NCBI GenBank assembly: GCA_050290185.1
Contig: JBNKHE010000001.1
Span: 546,713 to 610,712, forward strand
Origin: Pontiella sp.
Lineage (GTDB): Bacteria > Verrucomicrobiota > Kiritimatiellia > Kiritimatiellales > Pontiellaceae
Reading direction: 5' to 3'
DNA length: 64,000 nt
The notes under the pieces were generated by a model, which made no database searches, was not told where the DNA came from, and was given only the letters and a program-made list of their open reading frames with translations. Made by a program: the position numbers and the translations under genes. Shown piece by piece: positions 33,273 through 43,679 of the stretch; position 1 is the stretch's first letter, and the number at the start of each line of letters is the position of its first letter.

Positions 33273-33803
33273 TTATGCTTCTTGTTCTTTTTTCTCTTTT
33301 ACCGCGCTCAGCACGTATACCAAGCTCGCCACCTTCTGGTTGAGCACGCTGGCCAGGTTTCTGGCCGGTGCCTGCAGGGTGCCCAGCAACATAGCGCGCA
33401 GGACATCCTTCGAAGGAAGCTTGGAGAGTGCGACTACATCCTCAGCGGATACAGCCTTGCCTTCAACGAAGCCTCCCTTGACAACGGGTTTCTTGTTTGC
33501 TGCGGTAAATTTCCTAATGACCTTGGCCACTTCGACCACATCGCCTTCGCCATAGATCATGGCGGTCTGGCCTTTCATCATCCCGGAGATGTCTTCCGAC
33601 ATGGACCGGCTGAGCATGCGGTTTTTCACGACATTGTACGACGCGCCGTTTTCACGCAACGAGCTCTTCAATTCGTTGGTCATGGGCATATCCATGCCAT
33701 CGTAGTCTGCGAGGATCATATACAGGGCGCCAGCGACGCGCTGATCGATCTCGGCGGCCATGGCCGCCTTCTCCGGTCTTTGCTGTTTGTCTTCAGGTTT
33801 CAT
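33273..33803 (-). CDS. rplJ: 50S ribosomal protein L10
   Basis: 'VVKNRM', 'LSKLPSK'; synteny. Confidence 0.95.
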   Translation of the reverse strand: MKPEDKQQRPEKAAMAAEIDQRVAGALYMILADYDGMDMPMTNELKSSLRENGASYNVVKNRMLSRSMSEDISGMMKGQTAMIYGEGDVVEVAKVIRKFTAANKKPVVKGGFVEGKAVSAEDVVALSKLPSKDVLRAMLLGTLQAPARNLASVLNQKVASLVYVLSAVKEKKEQEA

Positions 33804-33820
33804 TCAAATACCCAACCCTT

Positions 33821-34516
33821 CTATGCGGTAATTTCCTTGAGGGTGACCCGCAGGCCCGGACCCATGGTGGAGGAAATGGTGCAACGCTTAATGTAGGTGC
33901 CCTTGGCGCTCGACGGCCTTGCGTGGTTGATAGCATCAACCACTGCTTTGGCGTTTTCGAGCAATGCGTTCTTTTCAAACGAGCGCTTACCAAAAGGTAC
34001 TGCGATATTCCCGTTACGATCCATACGGAATTCGACGCGACCGGCTTTCAGCTGAGTGACCGCTGCGGCGGTATCGTCGGTAACCGTTCCGGTCTTCGGA
34101 TTCGGCATCAAACCGCGCGGTCCCAGAACCCGGGCCACCTTGCGAACTTCCTTCATCGCGTCCGGCGTGGCAACGGCTGCGTCAAAATCAGTCCAACCGT
34201 CCTGCACCTTCTTAATCAGATCTTCGAATCCGACTTCAGCGGCACCCGCTTCGCGGGCGGCATCAGCGGCTTCGCCGGTGGCGAAAACGATGATACGCAC
34301 GTCCTTGCCGGTACCGTGGGGCAGAGCCACGGTCGAGCGAATCGCCTGATCCGACTTCGAAGGATCTACGCCCATGCGAAAGGCGAGTTCAAACGTTTCG
34401 TCAAATTTGGCGGTAGGGTTTTCCTGCAGGAACGCAACCGCATCATCAATGCTGAAGTCCGTATCCTTGGAGACCTTCTCCGCAACGTTTCTGTATATTT
34501 TTCCGTGAGTAGCCAT
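33821..34516 (-). CDS. rplA: 50S ribosomal protein L1
   Basis: 'KFDETFE', 'LGPRGLMPNPKTGTVT', 'STMGPG'. Confidence 0.98.
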   Translation of the reverse strand: MATHGKIYRNVAEKVSKDTDFSIDDAVAFLQENPTAKFDETFELAFRMGVDPSKSDQAIRSTVALPHGTGKDVRIIVFATGEAADAAREAGAAEVGFEDLIKKVQDGWTDFDAAVATPDAMKEVRKVARVLGPRGLMPNPKTGTVTDDTAAAVTQLKAGRVEFRMDRNGNIAVPFGKRSFEKNALLENAKAVVDAINHARPSSAKGTYIKRCTISSTMGPGLRVTLKEITA

Positions 34517-34518
34517 GA

Positions 34519-34941
34519 TTATTCCACCTCGATTCCCATGCTGCGCGCTGTACCTTCGATGATACGCACTGCGGCGTCTGTATCCCGAGCATTGAGGTCG
34601 TCCTTCTTGACTTCAACAATCTCTTCAATCTGCGCACGGGTGACCTTGCCCACCTTGTCGCGGTTCGGAACGCCGGAGCCTTTGGCCAGACCGGCTGCCT
34701 TCTTAAGCAGCACCGATGCCGGGGGGCTCTTGGTCACGAACGAGAAGCTGCGGTCGCTGTACACGGTAATAACCACGGGAATAACCATTCCCGCCTGGCT
34801 CTGCGTGGCTGCGTTGTACGCCTTGCAGAACTCCATGATGTTCACACCGTGCTGACCCAGAGCAGGACCGACCGGCGGTGCCGGATTGGCTGCCCCTGCG
34901 GGGATCTGCAGCTTGATGTATCCTGTGATTTCCTTTGCCAT
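34519..34941 (-). CDS. rplK: 50S ribosomal protein L11
   Basis: '[15 protein letters not shown]', 'GTARSMGI'. Confidence 0.98.
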   Translation of the reverse strand: MAKEITGYIKLQIPAGAANPAPPVGPALGQHGVNIMEFCKAYNAATQSQAGMVIPVVITVYSDRSFSFVTKSPPASVLLKKAAGLAKGSGVPNRDKVGKVTRAQIEEIVEVKKDDLNARDTDAAVRIIEGTARSMGIEVE

Positions 34942-34959
34942 AACAATCCTCAATCAAAT

Positions 34960-35514
34960 TTATTCGGCCGAACGTTCGACTTGCCAATATTCCAGCTCTA
35001 CCGGTGCTGAGCGTCCGAAGATCGATACCGAAATCTTCAGCTTTCCGCGTTCCGGATCGACTTCCTCAATCACACCGTTGAAGTTCATGAACGGTCCGTC
35101 GGTAATCTTTACCGCCTCGCCGGGCTCAAACATGACCTTCGGCGCAACCGCTTCCTTCTTCTCTTCAATCTGGTGAACAATGGTGTCCACCTCGGCTTCG
35201 CTTAACGCGGCGGGGCGCTCGCCTCCCAGGAATCCGATCACGCCGGGCGTGTTCTGAATAAAGTACCAGGCGCGTTCGTTGAAGCCGCCATCCTCATTAT
35301 ACAGGCTGATGTTAATCAGCACATAGCCTGGGAAAAACTTCCGGTTGACTGTCGTCTTCTTGCCTTCCTTAACCTCGGAGACCTTTTCGGAAGGGATAAG
35401 CACCTCTCCGATAACATCTTCCATTTCTTCCTGCTGCACACGACTGGCAATGTTTTTCTGAACCTTCAGCTCGTGACCGGAAAGTGCGTGTAGTATGAAC
35501 CACTGTTTAGCCAT
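34960..35514 (-). CDS. nusG: Transcription termination/antitermination factor NusG
   Basis: 'FFPGYVL', KOW motif 'GEAVKITDGPF', 'SIFGR'. Confidence 0.98.
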   Translation of the reverse strand: MAKQWFILHALSGHELKVQKNIASRVQQEEMEDVIGEVLIPSEKVSEVKEGKKTTVNRKFFPGYVLINISLYNEDGGFNERAWYFIQNTPGVIGFLGGERPAALSEAEVDTIVHQIEEKKEAVAPKVMFEPGEAVKITDGPFMNFNGVIEEVDPERGKLKISVSIFGRSAPVELEYWQVERSAE

Positions 35515-35538
35515 TGTTTCCTACTCTCGTGAATAAAC

Positions 35539-35742
35539 TTAATGAATGATGAAACGAAGCAACCCCATGTTCACCAGGTCGCAAATCCCTACAAACGCAC
35601 CCAGAATGATGACCGAAATGATCACCACCAAGGATTGTCCGAAGAGTTCCTTGCGGGTCGGCCAGGTACACTTCAGCAACTCAATCTTCACCTCTTCGAA
35701 GAAGGTTCTCAAACTCCCAATGCCCTGGCTCAGTTTATTCAT
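35539..35742 (-). CDS. secE: Preprotein translocase SecE
   Basis: 'ELLKCTWPTRKE' plus a TM helix; lies between tRNA-Trp and nusG. Confidence 0.93.
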   Translation of the reverse strand: MNKLSQGIGSLRTFFEEVKIELLKCTWPTRKELFGQSLVVIISVIILGAFVGICDLVNMGLLRFIIH

Positions 35743-35764
35743 TGTACTTTCCGGTTTCAAAATT

Positions 35765-35840
35765 TGGCAGGTCGGAAGGGACTCGAACCCCTAACAGCCG
35801 GTTTTGGAAACCGGTGCTCTACCAATTGAACTACCGACCT
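35765..35840 (-). tRNA. tRNA-Trp (CCA)
   Basis: AGGTCGG acceptor stem, anticodon arm CCGGT-TTCCAAA-ACCGG, GTTCGA T-loop, encoded CCA, 76 nt. Confidence 0.97.
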
Positions 35841-35861
35841 GTTGTCAAAAAAAACGTCCAA

Positions 35862-36014
35862 CTACTTTGTTTCGCGATGCAACGTATGCCGGCGGTCACG
35901 AGGGCAGTACTTCTTGACTTCGCGCCGCTGGGTTTCCAGCTTCTTGTTGCGGGTGCCCGTGTAGTTGCGCTCTTTGCACTCGGTGCAGGCCAGAGTGATG
36001 ATATCTCTCGGCAT
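35862..36014 (-). CDS. rpmG: 50S ribosomal protein L33 (not in ORF track)
   Basis: Manual translation [50 protein letters not shown]. Confidence 0.96.
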   Translation of the reverse strand: MPRDIITLACTECKERNYTGTRNKKLETQRREVKKYCPRDRRHTLHRETK

Positions 36015-36086
36015 GGTTTCGTCCTGTTCTTGATTAAACGGGGTCGGGGCAGGAAATCCTGCCCGTTACCCGATGTGATATCTACG

Positions 36087-37286
36087 TTACGCGGAAATTT
36101 CGGTAACGCGGCCGGCACCAACGGTACGGCCACCTTCACGAATCGCGAAGCGCATGTGCTGCTCCATCGCGATCGGGGTGATCAGCGTTACATCCATGGT
36201 CACGTTGTCGCCAGGCATAACCATCTCAACGCCTTCAGGCAGTTGGATGTCGCCGGTAACGTCGGTCGTACGGAAGTAGAACTGCGGACGGTATCCCTTA
36301 AAGAACGGGGTATGGCGACCGCCTTCGTCCTTGGACAGAACGTAGACTTCGCCTTTGAATGTGGTGTGCGGCTTGATCGAGCCGGGCTTGGCCAGAACCT
36401 GACCGCGCTGAACTTCTTCCTTCTTGGTGCCGCGAAGCAGGATACCCACGTTGTCGCCGGCCTGTCCTTCGTCGAGGATCTTGCGGAACATTTCAACGCC
36501 GGTGCAGGTGGTGGTGGCAGTATCTTTGATGCCCACGATTTCGACGGTGTCGCCCGTGTGGATGACCCCACGTTCAACACGGCCAGTAACCACAGTACCA
36601 CGACCTTCAATCGAGAATACGTCTTCGATCGGCAACAGGAAGGCCAGATCAGTAACGCGTTCGGGTTCCGGAATCCAGGAATCGAGAGCGTCCATGAGTT
36701 CCTGAATGCAGGCAGCGCCCGGTCCGGACGGATCTTCGATCGCCTTAAGGGCGGAACCGCGGATGATCGGGGAATCTTCTTCGAACTCGTACTTGGCGAG
36801 AAGTTCCTGAATTTCCATTTCGACGAGCTCGATGAGCTCTTCGTCGTCAACCAGATCGCACTTGTTCAGAAAAACAACGATTTTCGGAACACCAACCTGG
36901 CGGGCCAGAAGGATGTGCTCGCGGGTCTGGGGCATCGGGCCGGAAGGCGCTTCAACCACGAGAATCGCGCCGTCCATCTGGGCAGCACCGGTAATCATGT
37001 TCTTGACGTAGTCGGCATGGCCGGGGCAGTCAACGTGTGCATAGTGACGATTGTCGGACTCGTACTCAACATGCGAAGTCGCGATCGTCAAAATCTTGGT
37101 GGAATCGCGGCGACCCTGGGACTCGGATGCCTTTGCAACGCTATCGTATGCAATGTATTCAGCCAAACCCTTGGCTGCCTGCACACAGGTGATTGCAGCG
37201 GTGGTGGTGGTTTTACCATGGTCAACGTGACCAATTGTGCCGACGTTTACGTGCGGCTTTGTCCGTTCGAATTTATCCTTAGCCAT
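36087..37286 (-). CDS. tuf: Elongation factor Tu
   Basis: [20 protein letters not shown], '[13 protein letters not shown]'. Confidence 0.99.
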   Translation of the reverse strand: MAKDKFERTKPHVNVGTIGHVDHGKTTTTAAITCVQAAKGLAEYIAYDSVAKASESQGRRDSTKILTIATSHVEYESDNRHYAHVDCPGHADYVKNMITGAAQMDGAILVVEAPSGPMPQTREHILLARQVGVPKIVVFLNKCDLVDDEELIELVEMEIQELLAKYEFEEDSPIIRGSALKAIEDPSGPGAACIQELMDALDSWIPEPERVTDLAFLLPIEDVFSIEGRGTVVTGRVERGVIHTGDTVEIVGIKDTATTTCTGVEMFRKILDEGQAGDNVGILLRGTKKEEVQRGQVLAKPGSIKPHTTFKGEVYVLSKDEGGRHTPFFKGYRPQFYFRTTDVTGDIQLPEGVEMVMPGDNVTMDVTLITPIAMEQHMRFAIREGGRTVGAGRVTEISA

Positions 37287-37340
37287 TTTTATTACCTCCT
37301 GAATCTTCCTCAGTTAACTTTTTCTTCAAACCCGAATAAG

Positions 37341-37416
<76 letters not shown>

Positions 37417-37544
37417 ATTGCCTATTCATTAAAACAGACAAACAAACCCCGCGGCACACCGGTAATGAATGTACGCGCAGTGCTTATTTAAAATAAAAAA
37501 ACAACCTCATATAGCCGTAGCTATTTCGGTAAATAAGACGGCGT

Positions 37545-37572
37545 ACTTTATAGAAAGCGCTTGGGGTGTCAA
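37545..37572 (-). promoter_or_regulatory. Sigma70 promoter of the tRNA-Thr/tuf operon
   Basis: TTGACA-16 nt-TAAAGT followed by a GC-rich discriminator. Confidence 0.55.
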
Positions 37573-37591
37573 CCATGAAGCCGAAAAAAGT

Positions 37592-38590
37592 TCAGCAAAT
37601 CCGCGGTAATGGGTCGGAAGCCAGAATTCCCAATGTTCTCAGGGTTCCGAGCGAGGTATGAAGCACGGTTTTCCCGGAAAAGTCAGCCACAATGGATCCG
37701 ATTATCGACGAATTTTCCCCACCCGTTGATTTTTTCAAGATTTCCAAGGCTTTTTCAGCCTGATCCGACGGCACCACGAATACCGCCTTGCCTTCATTTG
37801 CACTGTATAAAGGATCCAGGCCCAGCAGCTCCGATACACCGAATACGGCAGCCGACAGAGGAATTTCTTTTTCCTCCACGAGAATGCCCCATTCGCGGCC
37901 CTCGCTTAACTCGTTGAGAATCGTCGCCACGCCACCGCGGGTCGGATCGCGCATCCATTTCACATCCACTTTATCAATCAAATCGGAGATCATGCGGTTC
38001 AATGGGGCGCAGTCGCTCTGCAGATTCGACTTCAGCGGGAATCCCTTGCGCAGAGTCAGCAGCGCCATGCCGTGATCGCCGACCGTTCCGCTGATGATTA
38101 TTTTGTCGCCCGGCGCAATGGTATCCGGTCGCATGGGCTTTTCCAGCAAACCGATACCTGCCGTATTGATGAAGATGCCGTCGCCCTTCCCCTTCTCCAC
38201 CACCTTGGTATCGCCGCAGACGATTTTAACGCCTGCCTCCCGGGCCTTGGATGCAATTGACTTCACAATCCGCTCCAACACCTCCAGTTCCAGTCCGGCC
38301 TCGAGAATGACACCCAGCGACAGCCAAAGCGGCTTCGCCCCCATTACCGCCAGATCGTTCACCGTCCCGCAAACCGCCAACGTTCCGATATCGCCGCCGG
38401 GAAACTCCACCGGGCTGACCACATAGGAATCCGTCGTGAACACCAGCGTTCCGCCCGCATGCTCAAGAACGGCCCCGTCATCCATCGACTCAGGCCCGGC
38501 ATCGCCCAGATGCCGGCAAAAAACATCGCGCACCAGCTCGTGCGTCATCCGCCCACCGGAGCCATGCCCCAATATTATTTTTTCATTCAT
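37592..38590 (-). CDS. hypE: Hydrogenase maturation protein HypE
   Basis: 'LGHGSGG', 'TTDSYVV', 'GTVNDLA', 'RDPTRGG', C-terminal PRIC. Confidence 0.96.
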   Translation of the reverse strand: MNEKIILGHGSGGRMTHELVRDVFCRHLGDAGPESMDDGAVLEHAGGTLVFTTDSYVVSPVEFPGGDIGTLAVCGTVNDLAVMGAKPLWLSLGVILEAGLELEVLERIVKSIASKAREAGVKIVCGDTKVVEKGKGDGIFINTAGIGLLEKPMRPDTIAPGDKIIISGTVGDHGMALLTLRKGFPLKSNLQSDCAPLNRMISDLIDKVDVKWMRDPTRGGVATILNELSEGREWGILVEEKEIPLSAAVFGVSELLGLDPLYSANEGKAVFVVPSDQAEKALEILKKSTGGENSSIIGSIVADFSGKTVLHTSLGTLRTLGILASDPLPRIC

Positions 38591-39287
38591 CAGAATCTTG
38601 CCCAGCTTCCAATCCCCGCCCTTCCGGCTGCACATCAGGATGCAATCGCCGCCACCGTGCTGCATACAGGAAATAAATACCTGGCCCAAAGGAGAGCAGC
38701 ATGACCGCAATACCGAATGTGATGCCGATGAAGGTATAGAAACCGGCACAGCAATAGTCACGGCAACGGGCAACAATATGCGTGGGAACGGCAACGAACA
38801 AAGCAATCACACTGCCCTGCAAGAGCCGCTTGCATTGCAGCAGAATGATATTTTCCGGCTCCTTGCTTTTTGAAATCCGGTAAAATACACCCCCCCACAC
38901 GATCCATAATACAACCCCACCCGCAAGCGCGGACCAACCGAGCCATCCCGATTCAAATGCTTTCTCCCGCTGAAAGAATTCCACCAGGGAACCGATGACT
39001 CCCACGAGGAGCGCTCCGGCTAAAAAACCGGCAACGATGATCGGGAAAACGACATGCCTTCTTGAAACTGGCCGCCTGTGTTCAATCCTCATGGGCAAAA
39101 GCAAAAGTCCCGCTTCGCAAAGGAGAAGAATCACGATAAAAATCCAGTATGGGACCTCGCAGAATAGCCCCAAAGGTTCCGAGGTTTGCATTCCGGAAAA
39201 GGCAAAAGAGGACGCCACCAGCGGCCATGTCAACACGACGAATATGACCAGATAGGCCAACACCACAAACCACGCTATTTTTTTCAT
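38583..39287 (-). CDS. Hypothetical multi-pass membrane protein
   Basis: About 6 hydrophobic segments, a 'CRDYCCAG' cysteine cluster, GGAGG RBS; stop overlaps the hypE start by 8 nt. Confidence 0.75.
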   Translation of the reverse strand: MKKIAWFVVLAYLVIFVVLTWPLVASSFAFSGMQTSEPLGLFCEVPYWIFIVILLLCEAGLLLLPMRIEHRRPVSRRHVVFPIIVAGFLAGALLVGVIGSLVEFFQREKAFESGWLGWSALAGGVVLWIVWGGVFYRISKSKEPENIILLQCKRLLQGSVIALFVAVPTHIVARCRDYCCAGFYTFIGITFGIAVMLLSFGPGIYFLYAARWRRLHPDVQPEGRGLEAGQDSDE

Positions 39288-39642
39288 TTTTTCCTCCCAG
39301 AGCCCAATATTCGAAGCCCGCCTAGCGGGACAACGCAACCCCTAGCCAAAAACTCGAAACCTCTTCATCATAGATTCGCAACGCATCGCCGTATCCATAA
39401 AACGCATGGCCATACAAACACAAAGAAGCCGGCCGGACAGAATAGGAAACATTCAAATCGACTGCCCCCCCTCCAATCCTTCTCACCATGCTCTAAAAAC
39501 AACACGGCTGCCGAAGCCGCAGGTCATACCCGAAATCGCGAATGGCCGTTCCTGCGCCATTACGATGTAATTCTCCGAACCGCATAAAGCGTTTCGCGGC
39601 CCGTTAGGCCATGTATCTTCAGCGCATATCCCTGCAACAGAC

Positions 39643-42063
39643 TTAGTCCCCCTTCAAGCCCTTGAATAGATCCTTGGATGCATAGATTTTGTAATCCTTG
39701 ATTTTGCCCGGATTGTTGCCCTCGCGCGGAAGGTAGCGTAGCGATTTGAACGTCTCCTCCTTGCCAAGATCGATCACGATCCGGTGCGGATGTTGCGTGT
39801 TGGCTCCATCGCCCTGATACTGCGTATGCCAAAAGGTTACCGGCTGTTCGTCGAGCACATTTCCGGCGGAGGCGGACTCCGCAACCAGCTCTTCGCTGTC
39901 GGCGTAAATCACTTCCCAGCCATCGCGATTCAGCCGCCTGCCGCCTGGATCCAACAGATGGATTTCAGCGATGGCTGCGTTGTTGTCCCGGGAATGGGAA
40001 CTGAGCGATTCAACACAGATATAACGGGCCGAAATGGTCCGGCTGAACCGGACCACCTGCGCTTTGTCACCGTTTTCAAACGAGCCCTCGGCGATCATTT
40101 GCTTGTCCGAAAGCTCAATGGATTCGCCCGGCTTGCGACTGTAGCCCAGTCCCGCGTCGAGCTGGAGACCGTAGACAAAATCGGTTACGCCCTTGAGCGC
40201 ATGGTGCCCAGTGGGTTCGATGTCCATTACAACCACTTCGTTGGCTCCTTCCTTCAGCCAGCACCCCGGCAGGTAGAGCGTGTATTGCGGGCCGATGCTC
40301 CAGTAGCGCCCAAGATTGATGCCGTTGACCCAAACCATACCCTTCCCCCACCCGGTCATGTCGAGCAGCGTATCGCCCACTTCGTCCAGGTTGAATTCAC
40401 CGCGATAGAAAATCGGCAGCGGCGAATGCCCGGCTGGTTCTTCTGAAAACTTGAGTCCGGCAATATCGGAGAGCTCCAGCGGAAAGGTGAACACCGACCA
40501 GTCGAGGACAGACTTCCCGTCGAGGGTCACTTCGCCCAGCCCCTTGCGGTCCTTCATCAGTTCGCGCGAATAGTTCAGATGGCCCATGTTTTCCAGCAGG
40601 ATATCAAGCATTACCTTACCTGCGGGCAGTTCGATACGGGCCGAGTCCTGCTTATAGCGCCGGTCGAGCGTAGCGACGCGCTTGCCGTTCACGATGATAA
40701 TAGCCCGGTCCTTCAACTCGCTGAATTCGAGGTCGTGCTTGCCGTCCTTCGGCACATTGACCGTAGTACGATAGAGCGCCAGCCCCTGGGTTGCATCGAG
40801 GGACTCCATGTGGGGAGCTTCCTTTGATTTGTACGGCTTCCTGACGAGTTGTTCGAAGGAAGCGGTCTGCGTCAGAACAAATTCAGGCACCTCGATGCGC
40901 TTAATCTGCCCGGGAGGTTCCGGCAGCTCGTAGTCGGCCGGCAAGTATTTCTTCAACGTATCCCTGAAGGTGTAGAACTTTTGGGTCAGGCGCCCAGTCT
41001 CGTCGATCGGCGAATCGTAGTCATAGCTGGTGGTGTCGGCGCTGTAGCGCCCCGACGACCAGTTGGCACCGGAGGTGAAACCAAAATTGGAGCCGCCGTG
41101 CAGCATGTAGACATTGAAGGAGACTTCGTTATCGAGCATCCACTCGATCTGCGTGATAAACGGCGCGAGCGCCTTGGTGTTGTGTTTATCCCCCCAATGA
41201 TCGAACCAGCCCACCCAGTATTCGCCGCACATTTTCGGCATGCCGGGATATTCGTCGGAAAAGAAGGAAAATGCCCGTTCGGCACTTCCGCCAAAATTCA
41301 TGGTGGAGTAGACCCCATCGATGTGCGCGGTGCCGATGGTATCGGAATTGGGCCAGTCGCAACGGATGAACATGGTGTCGAAGCCGGCGTCCTTCAACTG
41401 GTCGTAAATGGCGCGGTTGTATTTCACGTCGTCCTTGTTACCGGGACGGCCGAACTGCCCAAACTCATTTTCCACCTGGACCTGGATGATCGGGCCGCCA
41501 TGGTTCACCTGCAGATCCTTCAACTGCTCTCCGACCGCCTTCAGATAGCGCGCGGTGGCCGCCACAAAACGCGGATCGTTGGTGCGCACCTGCACATCCG
41601 GATCCTTCAACAACCAAGCCGGCAATCCACCGAAATCCCACTCGGAACAGACATAGGGGCCGGGACGGACAATGACCCACATCCCTTCCTCCTGGCAGAT
41701 GCGCACAAACTCGGCGACATCGAGGTTGCCCGAAAAGTCAAATTCTCCGGGCTTCTTTTCATGCGCGTTCCAGAAGACATAGGTGCCGATGCAGTTGAAG
41801 CCCATGGCCTTGGCCTTGCGGATGCGATCGCGCCAGTAGGCACGTGGAACGCGCGCATAGTGGATCGAGCCTGAAATGATGACCGCCGGTTTGTCGTCAA
41901 ACGTAAAGTAGCCGTCTGCAGCCCCGAATACCGGTTGCTTCTCTCCCGCAGGATTAGGCCGCGGAGGCAGTGGAAGAGTCTTGGCCGATGCGGTTATTGT
42001 CACACACGCCAGAACCAACAGCGCCAGCCCTTTTTTTACGTTTAAACACCACCAATATCTCAT
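39643..42063 (-). CDS. Secreted GH35 beta-galactosidase with a C-terminal discoidin/F5-8 type C (CBM32-like) domain
   Basis: 'SGSIHYARVP', 'RPGPYVCSEWDFGG', 'QVENEFG', 'EYWVGWFDHW', 'GRYWSIGPQ', 'TFWHT...PHRIVIDLG...YLPR'. Confidence 0.93.
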   Translation of the reverse strand: MRYWWCLNVKKGLALLVLACVTITASAKTLPLPPRPNPAGEKQPVFGAADGYFTFDDKPAVIISGSIHYARVPRAYWRDRIRKAKAMGFNCIGTYVFWNAHEKKPGEFDFSGNLDVAEFVRICQEEGMWVIVRPGPYVCSEWDFGGLPAWLLKDPDVQVRTNDPRFVAATARYLKAVGEQLKDLQVNHGGPIIQVQVENEFGQFGRPGNKDDVKYNRAIYDQLKDAGFDTMFIRCDWPNSDTIGTAHIDGVYSTMNFGGSAERAFSFFSDEYPGMPKMCGEYWVGWFDHWGDKHNTKALAPFITQIEWMLDNEVSFNVYMLHGGSNFGFTSGANWSSGRYSADTTSYDYDSPIDETGRLTQKFYTFRDTLKKYLPADYELPEPPGQIKRIEVPEFVLTQTASFEQLVRKPYKSKEAPHMESLDATQGLALYRTTVNVPKDGKHDLEFSELKDRAIIIVNGKRVATLDRRYKQDSARIELPAGKVMLDILLENMGHLNYSRELMKDRKGLGEVTLDGKSVLDWSVFTFPLELSDIAGLKFSEEPAGHSPLPIFYRGEFNLDEVGDTLLDMTGWGKGMVWVNGINLGRYWSIGPQYTLYLPGCWLKEGANEVVVMDIEPTGHHALKGVTDFVYGLQLDAGLGYSRKPGESIELSDKQMIAEGSFENGDKAQVVRFSRTISARYICVESLSSHSRDNNAAIAEIHLLDPGGRRLNRDGWEVIYADSEELVAESASAGNVLDEQPVTFWHTQYQGDGANTQHPHRIVIDLGKEETFKSLRYLPREGNNPGKIKDYKIYASKDLFKGLKGD

Positions 42064-42162
42064 TAACTACTCCTATTTCGACATGACGCGCATGCGGTCC
42101 GGGTTGAGCCTAGGAATGTAGCAGACCTTTTACGGCGTACCAGTCCGTGTCTCAGGAAAATA

Positions 42163-43254
42163 TCATACAACGAGATCACCGAACAGATAGGCCGCATTGC
42201 AGGCGCCTTCGGCGCTGACCATGCAGGAACCGACTGGAGAATCGGGGGTGCAGGCTTTACCGAAAAGCGGGCAGTCGGGGGGGTGCCTGATCCCGCAGAG
42301 GATTTCCCCGCAGATGCAGCCCTTGGGTTCATTGCTTTCGACGACGGGTTTGATGCGCCGATCTGCATCGAACTGCGCGTATTCGGACCGGACGCCATAA
42401 CCGGCGTCGGGAATGATGCCGAGTCCGCGCAGTTCGTCATCCTTTTCCACGAACACTTCCTCTATCACCTGCTGCGCCTTGCGGTTTCCCTCGTGGGAAA
42501 CCGCGCGGGTATATCCATTGAGATTGCCCGATCGACCATTGGCCAATTCGCCCGCCAGTAGATGAATGGCCCCCAGCAAGTCAAGTGGTTCGAAACCGCC
42601 CACCACCATGGGCACGTCATATTTAGCGCATAGCTCATCGTAGGCTTTGGTGCCAATGATGGATGTCACATGGCCCGGCGTGATGAAACCATCAATCTCC
42701 GCCTTGCCGGAAGAAAGCAACGCTTCGAGAACTGGCGGCACGCGCTTTGCGGAAAGCAGCACCGACAGGTTTTCCACCCCTTCGGCCTGCGCCTTTTGAA
42801 TGATCAGCCCGATACCCGGCAACGTGGTTTCAAATCCTATGCCCAGAAACACCACCTGCCGATCTGGATTCGATTTGGCGAAATCGACGGCTTGGAACGG
42901 CGAGTAAACCGGTTGAATGTCTGCGCCTTCGGCCGCCGCCTTTTCGAGAGACATTGTGGTTCCGGGAACGCGCACCAGATCGCCGAAGGTAAAGATGCTG
43001 GCACCATGCTCGAGTCCAAGACAGACAGCCTTGTCGATGTATTCGATCGGTGTGACGCAGACCGGACAGCCCGGACCTGATACCAACCGTAGCGTGGGTG
43101 GCAGCATTTCACGGAGCTTGTACTTGTAAATGGTATGGGTTTGGCCACCGCAAACTTCCATGATATTGAACGGCCGGTCCGCCACCGTTTCCGCGATAGC
43201 TTTAGTAAGCTTTCGTGCCAGCTCGGGATTCTTAAAGTCGTTAAGCAGGTTCAT
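42163..43254 (-). CDS. hypD: Hydrogenase maturation protein HypD
   Basis: 'MEVCGGQTH', 'GPGCPVC', 'GFETT', 'PGHV', C-terminal Cys cluster 'CMVSAEGAC'. Confidence 0.97.
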   Translation of the reverse strand: MNLLNDFKNPELARKLTKAIAETVADRPFNIMEVCGGQTHTIYKYKLREMLPPTLRLVSGPGCPVCVTPIEYIDKAVCLGLEHGASIFTFGDLVRVPGTTMSLEKAAAEGADIQPVYSPFQAVDFAKSNPDRQVVFLGIGFETTLPGIGLIIQKAQAEGVENLSVLLSAKRVPPVLEALLSSGKAEIDGFITPGHVTSIIGTKAYDELCAKYDVPMVVGGFEPLDLLGAIHLLAGELANGRSGNLNGYTRAVSHEGNRKAQQVIEEVFVEKDDELRGLGIIPDAGYGVRSEYAQFDADRRIKPVVESNEPKGCICGEILCGIRHPPDCPLFGKACTPDSPVGSCMVSAEGACNAAYLFGDLVV

Positions 43255-43263
43255 ATCAACAAG

Positions 43264-43307
43264 GCAGGCTGGAAGCCTGCGGTACGTATCGCCGGCATCT
43301 TGCCGGC
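43264..43307. repeat. Back-to-back REP-like palindrome pair in the hypC-hypD spacer
   Basis: GCAGGC-TGGAA-GCCTGC and GCCGGC-ATCTT-GCCGGC joined by GGTACGTATC. Confidence 0.65.
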
Positions 43308-43311
43308 CTTG

Positions 43312-43530
43312 CTATCCATTTTGCAGTTCATTCCAGAAGGACAGGGTTTCATTCGCCTCGGCTTCGGAGAGGGTTTCGATAGCGATACCGGTGTGGACCA
43401 GCACATGGTCGCCGACCGTTACCTTATCGAGCAAGGCGGTGGAAAACTCGACCTGCACACCGAGCTGCTCCCCGACAGCCATCTGGCCTTCGAGCAGTTC
43501 AACGACTTTAATGGGCACTGCAAGACACAT
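43312..43530 (-). CDS. hypC: Hydrogenase maturation chaperone HypC
   Basis: N-terminal MCLAVP, 'VGDHVLVHTGIA'. Confidence 0.96.
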   Translation of the reverse strand: MCLAVPIKVVELLEGQMAVGEQLGVQVEFSTALLDKVTVGDHVLVHTGIAIETLSEAEANETLSFWNELQNG

Positions 43531-43679
43531 GAATCACCTTTCCAATACGTACACGATTTACTGCAGTCTAGCTTGCACAACGACCAAAAGCAAACGCCCC
43601 CACAGAAATAGCTATAGATTTGATTTGGCCAATACATAAAAATATTATAATGCTTGATCTATTGAATTTGGAGAGCCCC

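Noticed and set aside
35862..36014. L33 zinc motif CxxC...CxxD as a zinc-independent paralogue
   Set aside because: It sits in the core tuf-secE locus and keeps three Cys; a known minor variant.
39290..39640. GTTAGGC/GCCTA motifs suggesting an integron attC site
   Set aside because: No properly spaced complementary R''/R' pair and no integrase seen.
42066..42165. 'DIFLRHG' just after hypD resembling the hypE start 'KIILGHG'
   Set aside because: Too short and not in frame with the overlapping ATG; probably chance.
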